Source: a virus. Taken from it: 37,750 bases of DNA. The stretch lies in the IMG/VR virus record IMGVR_UViG_3300025536_000006; one strand, 5' to 3'. Position 1 is the first letter of the stretch. Each line of letters starts with the position of its first letter. Under the pieces are notes generated by a model. It worked only from the letters and a program-made list of their open reading frames with translations, did not search any database and was not told where the DNA came from. The translations under genes and the position numbers were made by a program. Shown one piece after another: positions 30,256 to 37,750 of this stretch.

Positions 30256-30502
30256 TTTTCTCCCTTTTTTGTGAATTTCTCATAGGATGATTTTTAAATT
30301 TCTCCTTCATCCTTTCACATGTTTTGTCGAAAAATTCATCAGAATAATTTGCCATTGCCATAGTCCCAACAAAAGAAATCTTTAAAAAAGCTAAAACGGC
30401 AGATCTGCTCCAACCATTTGCGATGGCAAAGACAAGAATTAGTCTATGTAATTCATCAATTTCTTCTTGAGAAGGATATTTCTTCATTTTTTCTCCCAAC
30501 AA
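30248..30502 (-). CDS. Hypothetical helical protein (84 aa)
   Basis: ORF track. It overlaps both neighbours. Confidence 0.5.
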   Translation of the reverse strand: MLGEKMKKYPSQEEIDELHRLILVFAIANGWSRSAVLAFLKISFVGTMAMANYSDEFFDKTCERMKEKFKNHPMRNSQKREKND

Positions 30503-30759
30503 GGAAACACAGCGATATCATCATGACCACATTCTTCACATTTACCGATCATAGCCATTTGAGTCCCTTTCAAATTCCATTTGCCACAAGCTTCACAAAG
30601 ACGAATACATGTAGAGCGTTTATCCTTCAACTTATTCTCTATGACATGGGCTAGCCATTCTTGGATGCTCTTACCTTCTTTATAGGCTTGCAATTTTGCT
30701 CTGCGATGAAGGTCTCCATCTATCCGAATAGCTAAATATTTTTCTGTTATCTTCTGCAT
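30484..30759 (-). CDS. Ribbon-helix-helix (CopG/Arc-like) regulator with a C-terminal zinc ribbon
   Basis: LAIRIDGDLHRRAKLQAYKEGKSIQEWLAHVIENKL looks like an RHH. CEACG...CEECG forms the ribbon. First gene of the leftward operon. Confidence 0.55.
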   Translation of the reverse strand: MQKITEKYLAIRIDGDLHRRAKLQAYKEGKSIQEWLAHVIENKLKDKRSTCIRLCEACGKWNLKGTQMAMIGKCEECGHDDIAVFPCWEKK

Positions 30760-30793
30760 ATTTTACTCTCTTATTTGAGGCTAACAACTTATC

Positions 30794-30805
30794 ATTGTGC
30801 ACAAT
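30794..30805. promoter_or_regulatory. Perfect 12-bp palindrome ATTGTGCACAAT (candidate operator)
   Basis: Read directly, about 35 nt upstream of the RHH gene start in the divergent control region. Confidence 0.35.
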
Positions 30806-30864
30806 TCCTGGCAATATGGATTAATTTTTCGTAGCAATCTAAAACTTTATTTTGTACATTGGGC

Positions 30865-30895
30865 TCAGCGTAACAAGAAGTCGCTATCTTGATCC
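30865..30895 (+). promoter_or_regulatory. Conserved box TCAGCGTAACA-N5-TCGCTATCTT, copy B (upstream of the fibre gene)
   Basis: It matches 17994..18025 apart from the spacer (1-nt indel) and the flanks. The same CTTAGGTTCGAACTATG initiation context precedes 30962. Confidence 0.5.
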
Positions 30896-30961
30896 TGTAG
30901 GCTGTAGCTACGTTCGCCTTCGTAACAATTTTAGTCTGAAATTTTTACTTAGGTTCGAACT

Positions 30962-33337
30962 ATGACATCAAATTCAATGGGTCAAAACCCACTCGGATAT
31001 ACAGGCATCAACTTCTTTCAAAACCCTGTCCTCATCACTGCTAATCGTGCTCCTACAACTAATGACATTTATCCTATCGGAACTCGATGGTCTGATGGCT
31101 CTGTAAATCCACCTGTTATCTATGAAACTACTGGTAACGGCATCTGGGATGTTGGAGCAAACCCAGTAGCAACAACAACCTCAACAGGTATAGTTGAACT
31201 TGCTACTTATGCAGAACTCTCTACAGGAACAGCTCCTGCCGCATACTATGTTGGCACAGCTAATGACGTTTTCACCTATATCAATTCCGTAGCCGTAGCC
31301 GGAGCCCCTATTGCTCAAACAGGCGTTACAGGGATTACCAACCTAGCTACAGATGCGCAGGCCGTAGCAGGAACAGCAACAGTCCCTGGGGTCACGGCTC
31401 TTGCAGTACAACCATCTAACCTCGCTGCGGTATTTGCAGCTCCTCCAGCAATCGGTGGTACAACTCCAGCTGCTGGGTCATTTACTGCGGTTATTGGTAC
31501 AACAGCTAATTTCTCAGGTCTCATCACAGGCACTGCAAGCGCAACCATCACTACTGGCGCAACAGCTCTTAACCTGGCCTCTGATGCTTCAACTGGTGCA
31601 GTAAATATCGGTACTGGAGCCGGTGCACGTGTAATTACCATTGGTAACGTTACAGGCGCAACGGCGGTAGCTATCAATACAGGTACAGGATCATTTGCGG
31701 TTGCAACAACAGGCGCAGGGGACATCACCTTAACATCTGCCGATACCGTCCTTATCGATGGCGCAGGCGTTGTTGAGATTAATTCCTCGGCTGGCGTGAT
31801 CTCAATTGGCAATGATGCCGTAGCTCAAAATATTAATATTGGTACAGGTGCCGCCGCACGAGTAATTACTTTGGGTAACTCTACAGGCGCCACACAAGTC
31901 GTTCTTAATGGTGGAACAGCAGGGATCTCAGTCGGAGCCAACGCAATTGCACAACCGATCGTCATCGGTAATCAGACTGGTGCAACCAGCGTTACCGTTG
32001 ATTCGGGTACAGGAGCAATCAATATCGGTACTGCGATTGCCAAAACAATCACCATTGGTAATGCTACTGGAGCGACTGCGGTTAACATCACAGCAGGTAC
32101 AGGCGGTTCAACCTATACGACTACAAACGGAACGTTCTCGTTGGTGACTGGTACGGGAGCTATTAATATTGGAGCTGATGCCGCCGCACATACAATTACC
32201 ATTGGTAACTCTACAGGTGCTACATCAGTTGTTGTAAACTGTGGTACAGGCGCTCTTAACATTGGTACGAACGCCATTGCTCACACAGTGACTATCGGTA
32301 ACGTTACTGGTGCCACAGCCGTAAACGTCAATTCGGGCACAGGTGCTTGCGCTTGGACGACAACTAATGGTTCATTCGGCCTGGTGACTGGTACCGGAGC
32401 TATTAACCTTGGGGCTGATGCCGCCGCGAAAACGATTACCATTGGTAATATCACTGGCGCGACTGCCGTCAACGTGAACTCAGGAACTGGGGCATGTGCT
32501 TGGACAACCACAAACGGTAGCTTTGGCTTAGTTACAGGTACAGGTGCAATCAACATCGGGGCTGATGCCGCCGCCAAGACTATAACAATTGGTAACCAAA
32601 CGGGCGCTACAAGTGTTGTAATCGATGCAGGTACAGGTGCATTGAACATTGGTACAGCAATTGCTAAGACCATCACTATCGGTAACATCACAGGCGCAAC
32701 AGCCGTGAATATCAATACCGGAACTGGTGGCTCTACATATACCACTACTAATGGCACATTTGGACTTGTTACTGGAACAGGCGCAATCAACATCGGAGCT
32801 GATGCCGCTGCCAAAACGATTACTATCGGTAACGTGACAGGAGCAACCGCCGTTAATGTCAACTCTGGTAGCGGAGCATGTGCTTGGACTACAACCAATG
32901 GAAGTTTTGGGATTGTCACAGGAACAGGCGCGATCAATATCGGAGCTGATGCCGCTGCTAAGACTATTACAATCGGTAATACAACTGGTGCTACTGCGGT
33001 CAATATTACAGCAGGATCAGGTGCTGTAAACTGTGCTACAGACTTTAACTTGACATCAGTTGCAACTAAGATCTCGATGAATGGCGGTGCAGTAACCGAC
33101 TTCATCGGCAGAGCTACTCTTGTTGCTGGAACTGTAACCGTGGCTAATACCAACATCGCAGCAGGTGATAGGATCTTCGTAACAAGATCAGCCTTGAATG
33201 GCTCGCCAGCATTGGGATTCCCGATCACTACTATCAGCGCAGGCGCAAGCTTCACCATCGCAGCTTATAGCGCAGCTGGTGCTGCCGTAGCTACAGACGT
33301 CTCCACATTTGACTATCTGATTGTCCGGCAGACCTAG
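30962..33337 (+). CDS. Repetitive fibre / receptor-binding-type protein (791 aa)
   Basis: The N terminus carries the tail-fibre-like motifs TGIVELATYAELSTGT and GITNLATDAQAVAGT. Eleven copies of I-T-I-G-N-x-T-G-A-T-x-V follow, then a non-repetitive C-terminal domain. Confidence 0.7.
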   Translation: MTSNSMGQNPLGYTGINFFQNPVLITANRAPTTNDIYPIGTRWSDGSVNPPVIYETTGNGIWDVGANPVATTTSTGIVELATYAELSTGTAPAAYYVGTANDVFTYINSVAVAGAPIAQTGVTGITNLATDAQAVAGTATVPGVTALAVQPSNLAAVFAAPPAIGGTTPAAGSFTAVIGTTANFSGLITGTASATITTGATALNLASDASTGAVNIGTGAGARVITIGNVTGATAVAINTGTGSFAVATTGAGDITLTSADTVLIDGAGVVEINSSAGVISIGNDAVAQNINIGTGAAARVITLGNSTGATQVVLNGGTAGISVGANAIAQPIVIGNQTGATSVTVDSGTGAINIGTAIAKTITIGNATGATAVNITAGTGGSTYTTTNGTFSLVTGTGAINIGADAAAHTITIGNSTGATSVVVNCGTGALNIGTNAIAHTVTIGNVTGATAVNVNSGTGACAWTTTNGSFGLVTGTGAINLGADAAAKTITIGNITGATAVNVNSGTGACAWTTTNGSFGLVTGTGAINIGADAAAKTITIGNQTGATSVVIDAGTGALNIGTAIAKTITIGNITGATAVNINTGTGGSTYTTTNGTFGLVTGTGAINIGADAAAKTITIGNVTGATAVNVNSGSGACAWTTTNGSFGIVTGTGAINIGADAAAKTITIGNTTGATAVNITAGSGAVNCATDFNLTSVATKISMNGGAVTDFIGRATLVAGTVTVANTNIAAGDRIFVTRSALNGSPALGFPITTISAGASFTIAAYSAAGAAVATDVSTFDYLIVRQT
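31600..33030 (+). repeat. In-frame coding tandem repeats (alternating 49-aa and about 79-80-aa units)
   Basis: The landmark GG(A/G)GCTGATGCCGC recurs at 32171, 32411, 32558, 32795 and 32942, with spacings of 240, 147, 237 and 147 nt. The peptide is nearly identical between units, while third codon positions differ. Confidence 0.85.
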
Positions 33338-33355
33338 GTTTGATTCTAATTACTC

Positions 33356-33384
33356 CCTATGGTTTAATGTCCCTAAACCATAGG
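33356..33384 (+). promoter_or_regulatory. 11-bp stem-loop after the fibre gene that overlaps the SD of the HNH gene
   Basis: CCTATGGTTTA-atgtccc-TAAACCATAGG. The right arm runs into AGGAGG (33382-33387), 5 nt before the ATG at 33393. Confidence 0.55.
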
Positions 33385-33392
33385 AGGATTAT

Positions 33393-34010
33393 ATGCACGG
33401 AATATCAGAGTGCGAGACATGTGGGCAAAAATATAAGTGGAGAAGATGCAATAAGGGTAAACCGCCTAGATTTTGCTCTTTTAAATGCAGGAGTTGGAAG
33501 GGTTTAAAGGGTAGGACAAAAAATTCTGAACTATCAGAAGAAGCCAATCTTGCTAGAATAAAAAAAAATTATGAAAAGAATGTTGTTAAACAGGAAGGCT
33601 GCTGGGATTGGAAGGGATGTGTAGTTCGAGGGTATGCAATATTAGGAATTCGTCCTTATCTTAAAGCTCATAGAGCCTCATGGATAGTACATAATGGGCC
33701 GATTCCAAAAGGGGTTCTTGTTTGTCATACTTGTGACAACACAAAATGTACAAATCCAGAGCACTTGTGGCTTGGAACATATAAAGAAAATACACAAGAC
33801 AAAATAAAGAAAGGCAGATCAAATACTCCTAATGGAAGCCAACTAAAAGTAGCTAAATTAACTGAAGAACAAGTTGAAAAAATAAAGTTTATGCTGAATG
33901 ATAAAATACAAGGCAGTGAAATCGCTAGGATGTTTGGAGTTTCACCGAAAGTGATATCTCGCATAAAGCATAATGAAACATGGAAGCATGTTGAGGTAAT
34001 TAATGGCTAA
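33393..34010 (+). CDS. HNH homing-type endonuclease with a C-terminal HTH
   Basis: VCHTCDNTKCTNPEHLWLGTYKENTQD is an HNH_3-type core. There is an N-terminal CETCG...FCSFKCR knuckle and a C-terminal IARMFGVSPKVISRIKHNETW helix-turn-helix. Confidence 0.8.
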   Translation: MHGISECETCGQKYKWRRCNKGKPPRFCSFKCRSWKGLKGRTKNSELSEEANLARIKKNYEKNVVKQEGCWDWKGCVVRGYAILGIRPYLKAHRASWIVHNGPIPKGVLVCHTCDNTKCTNPEHLWLGTYKENTQDKIKKGRSNTPNGSQLKVAKLTEEQVEKIKFMLNDKIQGSEIARMFGVSPKVISRIKHNETWKHVEVING

Positions 34011-34254
34011 GAAATCATCCCTCTATGATGGAATGGGTAGTGGGGGAGAAATCCCCCACACTGGAAAAGTCAAAGAAGTCATGAATTTATATGACAAAAG
34101 ATCTTTGAAAGATTCCGCTGGACATTGTATTTTAAATTCTAAAGAAGCACTCATGGGAGCGTTGAATCAATCGCTCAAGAGTAAAAACCGTCTCAAAAAC
34201 GATGAGGGTATTTACACAAGTGATGCAGCTACAGATGAATTTAGAAACTTTTAA
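34003..34254 (+). CDS. Hypothetical protein (83 aa)
   Basis: ORF track. It overlaps the end of the HNH gene by 8 nt. Confidence 0.5.
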   Translation: MAKKSSLYDGMGSGGEIPHTGKVKEVMNLYDKRSLKDSAGHCILNSKEALMGALNQSLKSKNRLKNDEGIYTSDAATDEFRNF

Positions 34255-34268
34255 ATAGGAACGAGTTG

Positions 34269-34499
34269 ATGTTTGAAAATATGATGGGCATGCAGTTATT
34301 TTCCTACACTGTAGATGGGAAAAAAGGCTTTATATTTTTTGAAAATGGCACACCACTGCCTGTGGCCAAAGAGATGTTATTCCAATGCCAAAAGCAACTT
34401 GGGCAAATCGAGGATAACGTAAAAGCTCAGCAAGAAGCTCAAGCCACGGCTCAAGCTAAAGATGAATCTAAAGTAGAGCCTATAATGGAAGCTGTATGA
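34269..34499 (+). CDS. Hypothetical protein (76 aa; ATG 34269)
   Basis: ORF track. The TTG at 34266 is immediately followed by this ATG. Confidence 0.5.
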   Translation: MFENMMGMQLFSYTVDGKKGFIFFENGTPLPVAKEMLFQCQKQLGQIEDNVKAQQEAQATAQAKDESKVEPIMEAV

Positions 34500-34684
34500 A
34501 GAAAAATTGGATTCAAGATGCCCTTGGGCCTAAGAGTAAAGGCAAGCTACATAAAAAGCTTGGCGTGCCTGAAGGGAAAAAGATTCCAGAATCCAAAATC
34601 AAGAAAGCCGAGCATTCCAAGAGTCCAAAGTTGCGTAAAGAAGCAACTTTGGCTCAAACCCTGAAACATTTAAGGAAAAAATAA
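34496..34684 (+). CDS. Small lysine-rich protein (62 aa)
   Basis: ORF track with ATGA coupling. Its composition is basic, like that of 7068..7235. Confidence 0.5.
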   Translation: MKKNWIQDALGPKSKGKLHKKLGVPEGKKIPESKIKKAEHSKSPKLRKEATLAQTLKHLRKK

Positions 34685-35025
34685 TGGCTGATATTTCATC
34701 TTTCCAGGCAATCCCTGCCGTATCTTTTGACTTAACAACGCTTACGGGAAGCTTTCAGTCTCTTAATGGATCTGGGTTTTCAGACGATATCAAGATCATG
34801 AAGATTTTCAATCCCAGTACGACGACAGGGGTTGATATTAGCTATGATGGAGTCAATAAACATGATTATTGGCCTCCAGGGGCAACACTTATCATCGATT
34901 TCCAAACCAATCATGCTGACAACGCTTCGAATGGCGCGGGAACACTTTATGGTCGAAAAGGACAGATTATTTACGGAAGGACATCTACAACGAGCACAGA
35001 GTTGCAGATCGCTGGTTATCGCTAA
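34684..35025 (+). CDS. Hypothetical tail-module protein (113 aa)
   Basis: ORF track. TAATG coupling. Confidence 0.5.
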   Translation: MADISSFQAIPAVSFDLTTLTGSFQSLNGSGFSDDIKIMKIFNPSTTTGVDISYDGVNKHDYWPPGATLIIDFQTNHADNASNGAGTLYGRKGQIIYGRTSTTSTELQIAGYR

Positions 35026-35039
35026 TATTGTGAGGACAA

Positions 35040-35591
35040 ATGAGTCAATTTTTTAGAGATCCTTCTGCAAGTCCTCCTCCTCCTGGATCAGTTGTAGAAT
35101 TTACTGGTGATACCGGTACAAATCCCGTACCTCCAGATGGCTCAGGCAATGTAAATTTATTTGAAGATCCTACAGCGCCAGGCATAATAACCCGAGGTAA
35201 TATAGCCACAAACACAGTGTTCTTTGGCTTAGCTCAACCCACAACCTGTGGTACAGGACAAACGATCAATACCGGCACAGCGGATCTTGTAACATTGTCG
35301 CTCGGTGCTTCTGCTGCTACCTATACTTTGAATGCAAATGTGGCAGGAAAAGCAGCAACCCAATCAGGTGTTGGGGGCACATCTTTTGCAGTTGTACGTA
35401 CAGATGGAGCGACAGCAACATTAATCGATATTAGCGACGATGTCATCAACAGTGATTTAGTGTTAGCAGGTGCGTCATTTACTTTCGTTGCCTCGGGCAA
35501 TGATGTTATTTTGAGGGCTACGGGCTCTCTTGGAACAGTAATCAATTGGAACGGCTGCGTTACATATGTATCCGTTGTAGCAGGTATATAA
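35040..35591 (+). CDS. Tail-fibre-associated protein (183 aa)
   Basis: The FTGDTGTNPVPPDGSGNVNL motif recalls N-terminal segments of phage fibre proteins. It lies directly upstream of the tailspike gene. Confidence 0.45.
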   Translation: MSQFFRDPSASPPPPGSVVEFTGDTGTNPVPPDGSGNVNLFEDPTAPGIITRGNIATNTVFFGLAQPTTCGTGQTINTGTADLVTLSLGASAATYTLNANVAGKAATQSGVGGTSFAVVRTDGATATLIDISDDVINSDLVLAGASFTFVASGNDVILRATGSLGTVINWNGCVTYVSVVAGI

Positions 35592-37288
35592 TGGCTGGTA
35601 TAAAAAACGATGTCTTGTACGGCTTGAATGCTGATTTTTCAAGAGCAGGAGCACATACTGCTTCCGAATCCAATGGTCTAGTCGTTGATGCCGATCTTTG
35701 GATAGGCTCTACTGCATTGAACGCTGGCGGAACTCATATTAATAAAGGCACTCTTACTTCACCCAACAGCTCAATCACTTTTGGGTATTCTTCTCCAAAC
35801 ATCACAGCGGTAGTAAATACAGCCGTAATCACCGATCTTCACACAGCGAGATTCATCGTAAGTGCTGGGGGTCTTACAGACGGTGCGAATTATACCTCAA
35901 TTCAAACGGCTATCAATGCAGCGGCAGGAGCCGGAGGCAATCAGACAGTCTTTATCCAGCCAGGGACATATACAGAGAATCTAACGCTGGCAGCAGGCGT
36001 GAATCTATGTGCATATGGGCCGAGTTCTATGTTTAATCAAAACACAGGAACAATTCCCAATGTAGTTATTAAAGGAACATGTACTTTTACATCAGCAGGA
36101 ATAGTCGGCATACAAGGAATTTGTCTTGAAACAAATAGTGCTGCGGCTCTAGCAGTTACAGGATCGTCGGCTTCTCAAGTAATTTTAGATAAATGTTATT
36201 TGAATTGCACTGACAATACTGGAGTCACTTTTTCTTCATCTTCATCATCTAGTCTCATTGAGTTTTTATATTGCTCGGGAGATATCGCTACAACTGGAAT
36301 TGCACTTTTTGCTCATAGTGGGGCAGGACAATTAAGAACTCTTTATACATTTTTTTTAAATTCAGGCCTATCTACTACTGCAAATACTGTCTCAGGCACA
36401 GGATTTTTTGGCCCCAATTACAGCTCTTTTGCCAATGGTATTTCTTTATCTAACTCAGCTTCAGGAAATGGTGGACAAAATAACTATCATATGGCTGCAG
36501 CACAAGTTTGCATTACAACAGCAAATACTGCTAGCTACTCTGAAGAGATGGGTCTATTTGTTGCCGGCGCATCAAAAGCAATTAGTATTGGCGCAGGATC
36601 TGCAGTAGCTCTTTATACATGTTTTGTTAGTGGTTCTGTAAGTGCAGTCATTGATGGCACAGGAACGCTTACATATACCAATCTGACTATGAATTCAAAT
36701 GCTACAATCAATTCAGGATTGACTATTTCCAATGGAGCATCAAATACATATATTTCTGGACAAGGCGCAGGTACAGCAGGCCAGGTTTTAACATCTAATG
36801 GCGCATATGCACCTCAGACTTGGCAAACGCCTTCGGGAGGAAAATTAGTACAACAAGTCAGAGTAAATAAAACGGCAGCCCAAACCGTAACATCATCAAT
36901 AACAGCAATTACCACCCAACCCACTACTTCAACTGGCACATCCGTTGTGAGTGTTAGCATCACGCCAACTAATGCAAGCAATATATTATTGATTGAAGGA
37001 AATCTAGTATGTACAAGCGGGGGTAACTTTGTTTCTGCCTATATCATACAAAACTCAGCAGGCAATGGGTTTGGTACAGCGTGGCAAAGTGGTTCAGCCG
37101 CCAACCTTCCGATGACTATCCCTATCAGATATTACATGACAGCGGGGGGAACATCGGCTATTACTTTTGATCTGTATACCACTGTTCAATCTGGTGGGAA
37201 CGTATACGTAAACGCTAATACTTCCGGAACTCAGCTATCGGGCGGCAGTGCGTTTACTAGTCTTGTAATCTCTGAGATTCAAGTCTAG
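35591..37288 (+). CDS. Tailspike with a right-handed beta-helix (pectin-lyase-fold-like); possible depolymerase
   Basis: ANYTSIQTAINAAAGAGGNQTVFIQPGTYTENLTLAAGVNLCAYG is typical of the start of a parallel beta-helix. The start is moved to the ATG at 35591 (TAATG coupling). Confidence 0.6.
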   Translation: MAGIKNDVLYGLNADFSRAGAHTASESNGLVVDADLWIGSTALNAGGTHINKGTLTSPNSSITFGYSSPNITAVVNTAVITDLHTARFIVSAGGLTDGANYTSIQTAINAAAGAGGNQTVFIQPGTYTENLTLAAGVNLCAYGPSSMFNQNTGTIPNVVIKGTCTFTSAGIVGIQGICLETNSAAALAVTGSSASQVILDKCYLNCTDNTGVTFSSSSSSSLIEFLYCSGDIATTGIALFAHSGAGQLRTLYTFFLNSGLSTTANTVSGTGFFGPNYSSFANGISLSNSASGNGGQNNYHMAAAQVCITTANTASYSEEMGLFVAGASKAISIGAGSAVALYTCFVSGSVSAVIDGTGTLTYTNLTMNSNATINSGLTISNGASNTYISGQGAGTAGQVLTSNGAYAPQTWQTPSGGKLVQQVRVNKTAAQTVTSSITAITTQPTTSTGTSVVSVSITPTNASNILLIEGNLVCTSGGNFVSAYIIQNSAGNGFGTAWQSGSAANLPMTIPIRYYMTAGGTSAITFDLYTTVQSGGNVYVNANTSGTQLSGGSAFTSLVISEIQV

Positions 37289-37298
37289 GAGTAACTAT

Positions 37299-37490
37299 AT
37301 GAAAATGTATGACGCAGGAATCATCGTTCTTATCTGCATTCTAGTGATCGCTGCGAGCGCGGGCGTGATATCTGTAAAATATCTTGGCCATGACAATGCA
37401 GTTGAGGAAGCGGCTGAAGAGGTCATCAAGGCTGAGACAGGCGTGAATATTGATCTTTCTCCTTCATCAGATGAAAAAAAGAACCCCTGA
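37299..37490 (+). CDS. Small membrane protein (63 aa), holin-like by position only
   Basis: TM helix GIIVLICILVIAASAGVI followed by an acidic tail. Last gene of the rightward late block. Confidence 0.5.
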   Translation: MKMYDAGIIVLICILVIAASAGVISVKYLGHDNAVEEAAEEVIKAETGVNIDLSPSSDEKKNP

Positions 37491-37505
37491 GAGAATTCCC
37501 AGGGG
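37484..37505 (-). terminator. Intrinsic terminator for the junction-spanning minus-strand gene
   Basis: CCCCTG-N10-CAGGGG. On the minus-strand RNA the hairpin is followed by UUCUUUUUUU (complement of 37474-37483). Confidence 0.55.
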
Positions 37506-37592
37506 CGAGGAGAATCATAATGAAAAAACTGACAAGTAAAATCTAGACTTATCAGGATTTTCATACAATGCTAATATTTTCTTTAAGTTAGT

Positions 37593-37750
37593 CTACCTTC
37601 TTTTCTCTTCGATTTTACACAGTCTGCTATGAAAATCTTTAACCTCGTCATGTATCGCCCTAACCAATTCACGAGTCGATTCCAATTTAGAATCCATATG
37701 ACGAATATCAGATCGTGACTCCGATCTATTCCATAAAAATAGCGGTATGA
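37593..37750 (-). CDS. 3' part of the junction-spanning GRLC-family gene (same gene as 1..176)
   Basis: Reverse translation ends ...DFHSRLCKIEEKRR, with the stop codon (TAG) at 37593-37595. The full gene is 207 nt (68 aa) on the circular molecule. Confidence 0.8.
   Translation of the reverse strand, partial: IPLFLWNRSESRSDIRHMDSKLESTRELVRAIHDEVKDFHSRLCKIEEKRR
37624..37750. repeat. Terminal direct repeat, copy 2
   Basis: Identical to nt 1-127. Confidence 0.95.

Noticed and set aside
29558-30274. Plus-strand ORFs 29558..29788, 29620..29811 and 29990..30274
   Set aside because: They lie antisense to the GRLC-family genes and to the alpha-CTD-like gene, whose frames are supported by motif conservation.
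31600-33030. A regularly spaced repeat array that could be mistaken for a CRISPR array
   Set aside because: The repeats are in-frame coding units of 147-240 nt with no unique spacers, they diverge at synonymous positions, and they lie inside one long ORF. No cas genes are present.
32281-33258. A 325-aa ORF antisense to the fibre repeat region. Also 31315..31812 (165 aa, minus) and the small plus-frame ORFs 31401..31604 and 31908..32147.
   Set aside because: The sense frame encodes a coherent G/T/A/N/I-rich repeat protein. Its GCN/ACN/GGN codons simply lack stop codons when read on the reverse strand. The antisense products are low-complexity P/V/A strings with no start context.
30962-37288. 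Diversity-generating retroelement acting on the fibre or spike genes
   Set aside because: No reverse transcriptase ORF is present anywhere. I found no template/variable repeat pair with adenine-specific mismatches. The repeats in the fibre gene differ at synonymous sites instead.

Overview
The window is a complete, circularly closing genome of about 37.6 kb from a tailed dsDNA phage. Nt 1-127 are identical to nt 37624-37750, so the unique length is 37623 nt. I recognised no tail tube, sheath or tape-measure gene, so the layout looks podovirus-like. Coding density is high, and genes sit in alternating strand blocks.

Module map:
- 1-2788 (-): recombination module with a RecT/Redbeta-like annealing protein and a RecB/Cas4-type PD-(D/E)XK exonuclease.
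- 2890-7444 (+): Cro-like HTH regulator, winged-helix replication initiator with candidate internal origin iterons, DnaC-like loader, two DUF551-like paralogues, a PD-(D/E)XK resolvase-like nuclease and a lipoprotein.
- 7448-10793: AT-rich accessory block of small ORFs with a free-standing HNH endonuclease and an RHH/zinc-ribbon regulator.
- 10900-29029 (+): ParB-like nuclease, TerS, TerL (PBSX type), HNH, portal, scaffold, HK97-fold major capsid protein, structural proteins that reuse one E1-FCCH-like beta-barrel module, nozzle-like protein, Gly/Gln-rich internal proteins and a KTSC-domain protein.
- 29024-30759 (-): five consecutive tiny membrane proteins, an RNA polymerase alpha-CTD-like protein and an RHH regulator.
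- 30962-37490 (+): a 791-aa highly repetitive fibre protein, a third HNH, and a beta-helix tailspike.

Most unusual observations:
1. A dispersed family of at least five small single-pass membrane proteins shares a C-terminal (K)DFHGRLCxIEE motif.
2. One clear and one tentative stand-alone RNAP alpha-CTD-like protein are encoded.
3. A conserved ~31-nt box plus a shared translation-initiation context precedes both the capsid gene and the fibre gene.
4. Boxes, membrane paralogues and alpha-CTD-like genes co-occur in two similarly arranged cassettes.

I recognised no integrase, endolysin, DNA or RNA polymerase, tRNA or CRISPR array. All calls rest on reading the sequence and remembered family signatures. 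No database search was run, and the host cannot be assigned from this window.
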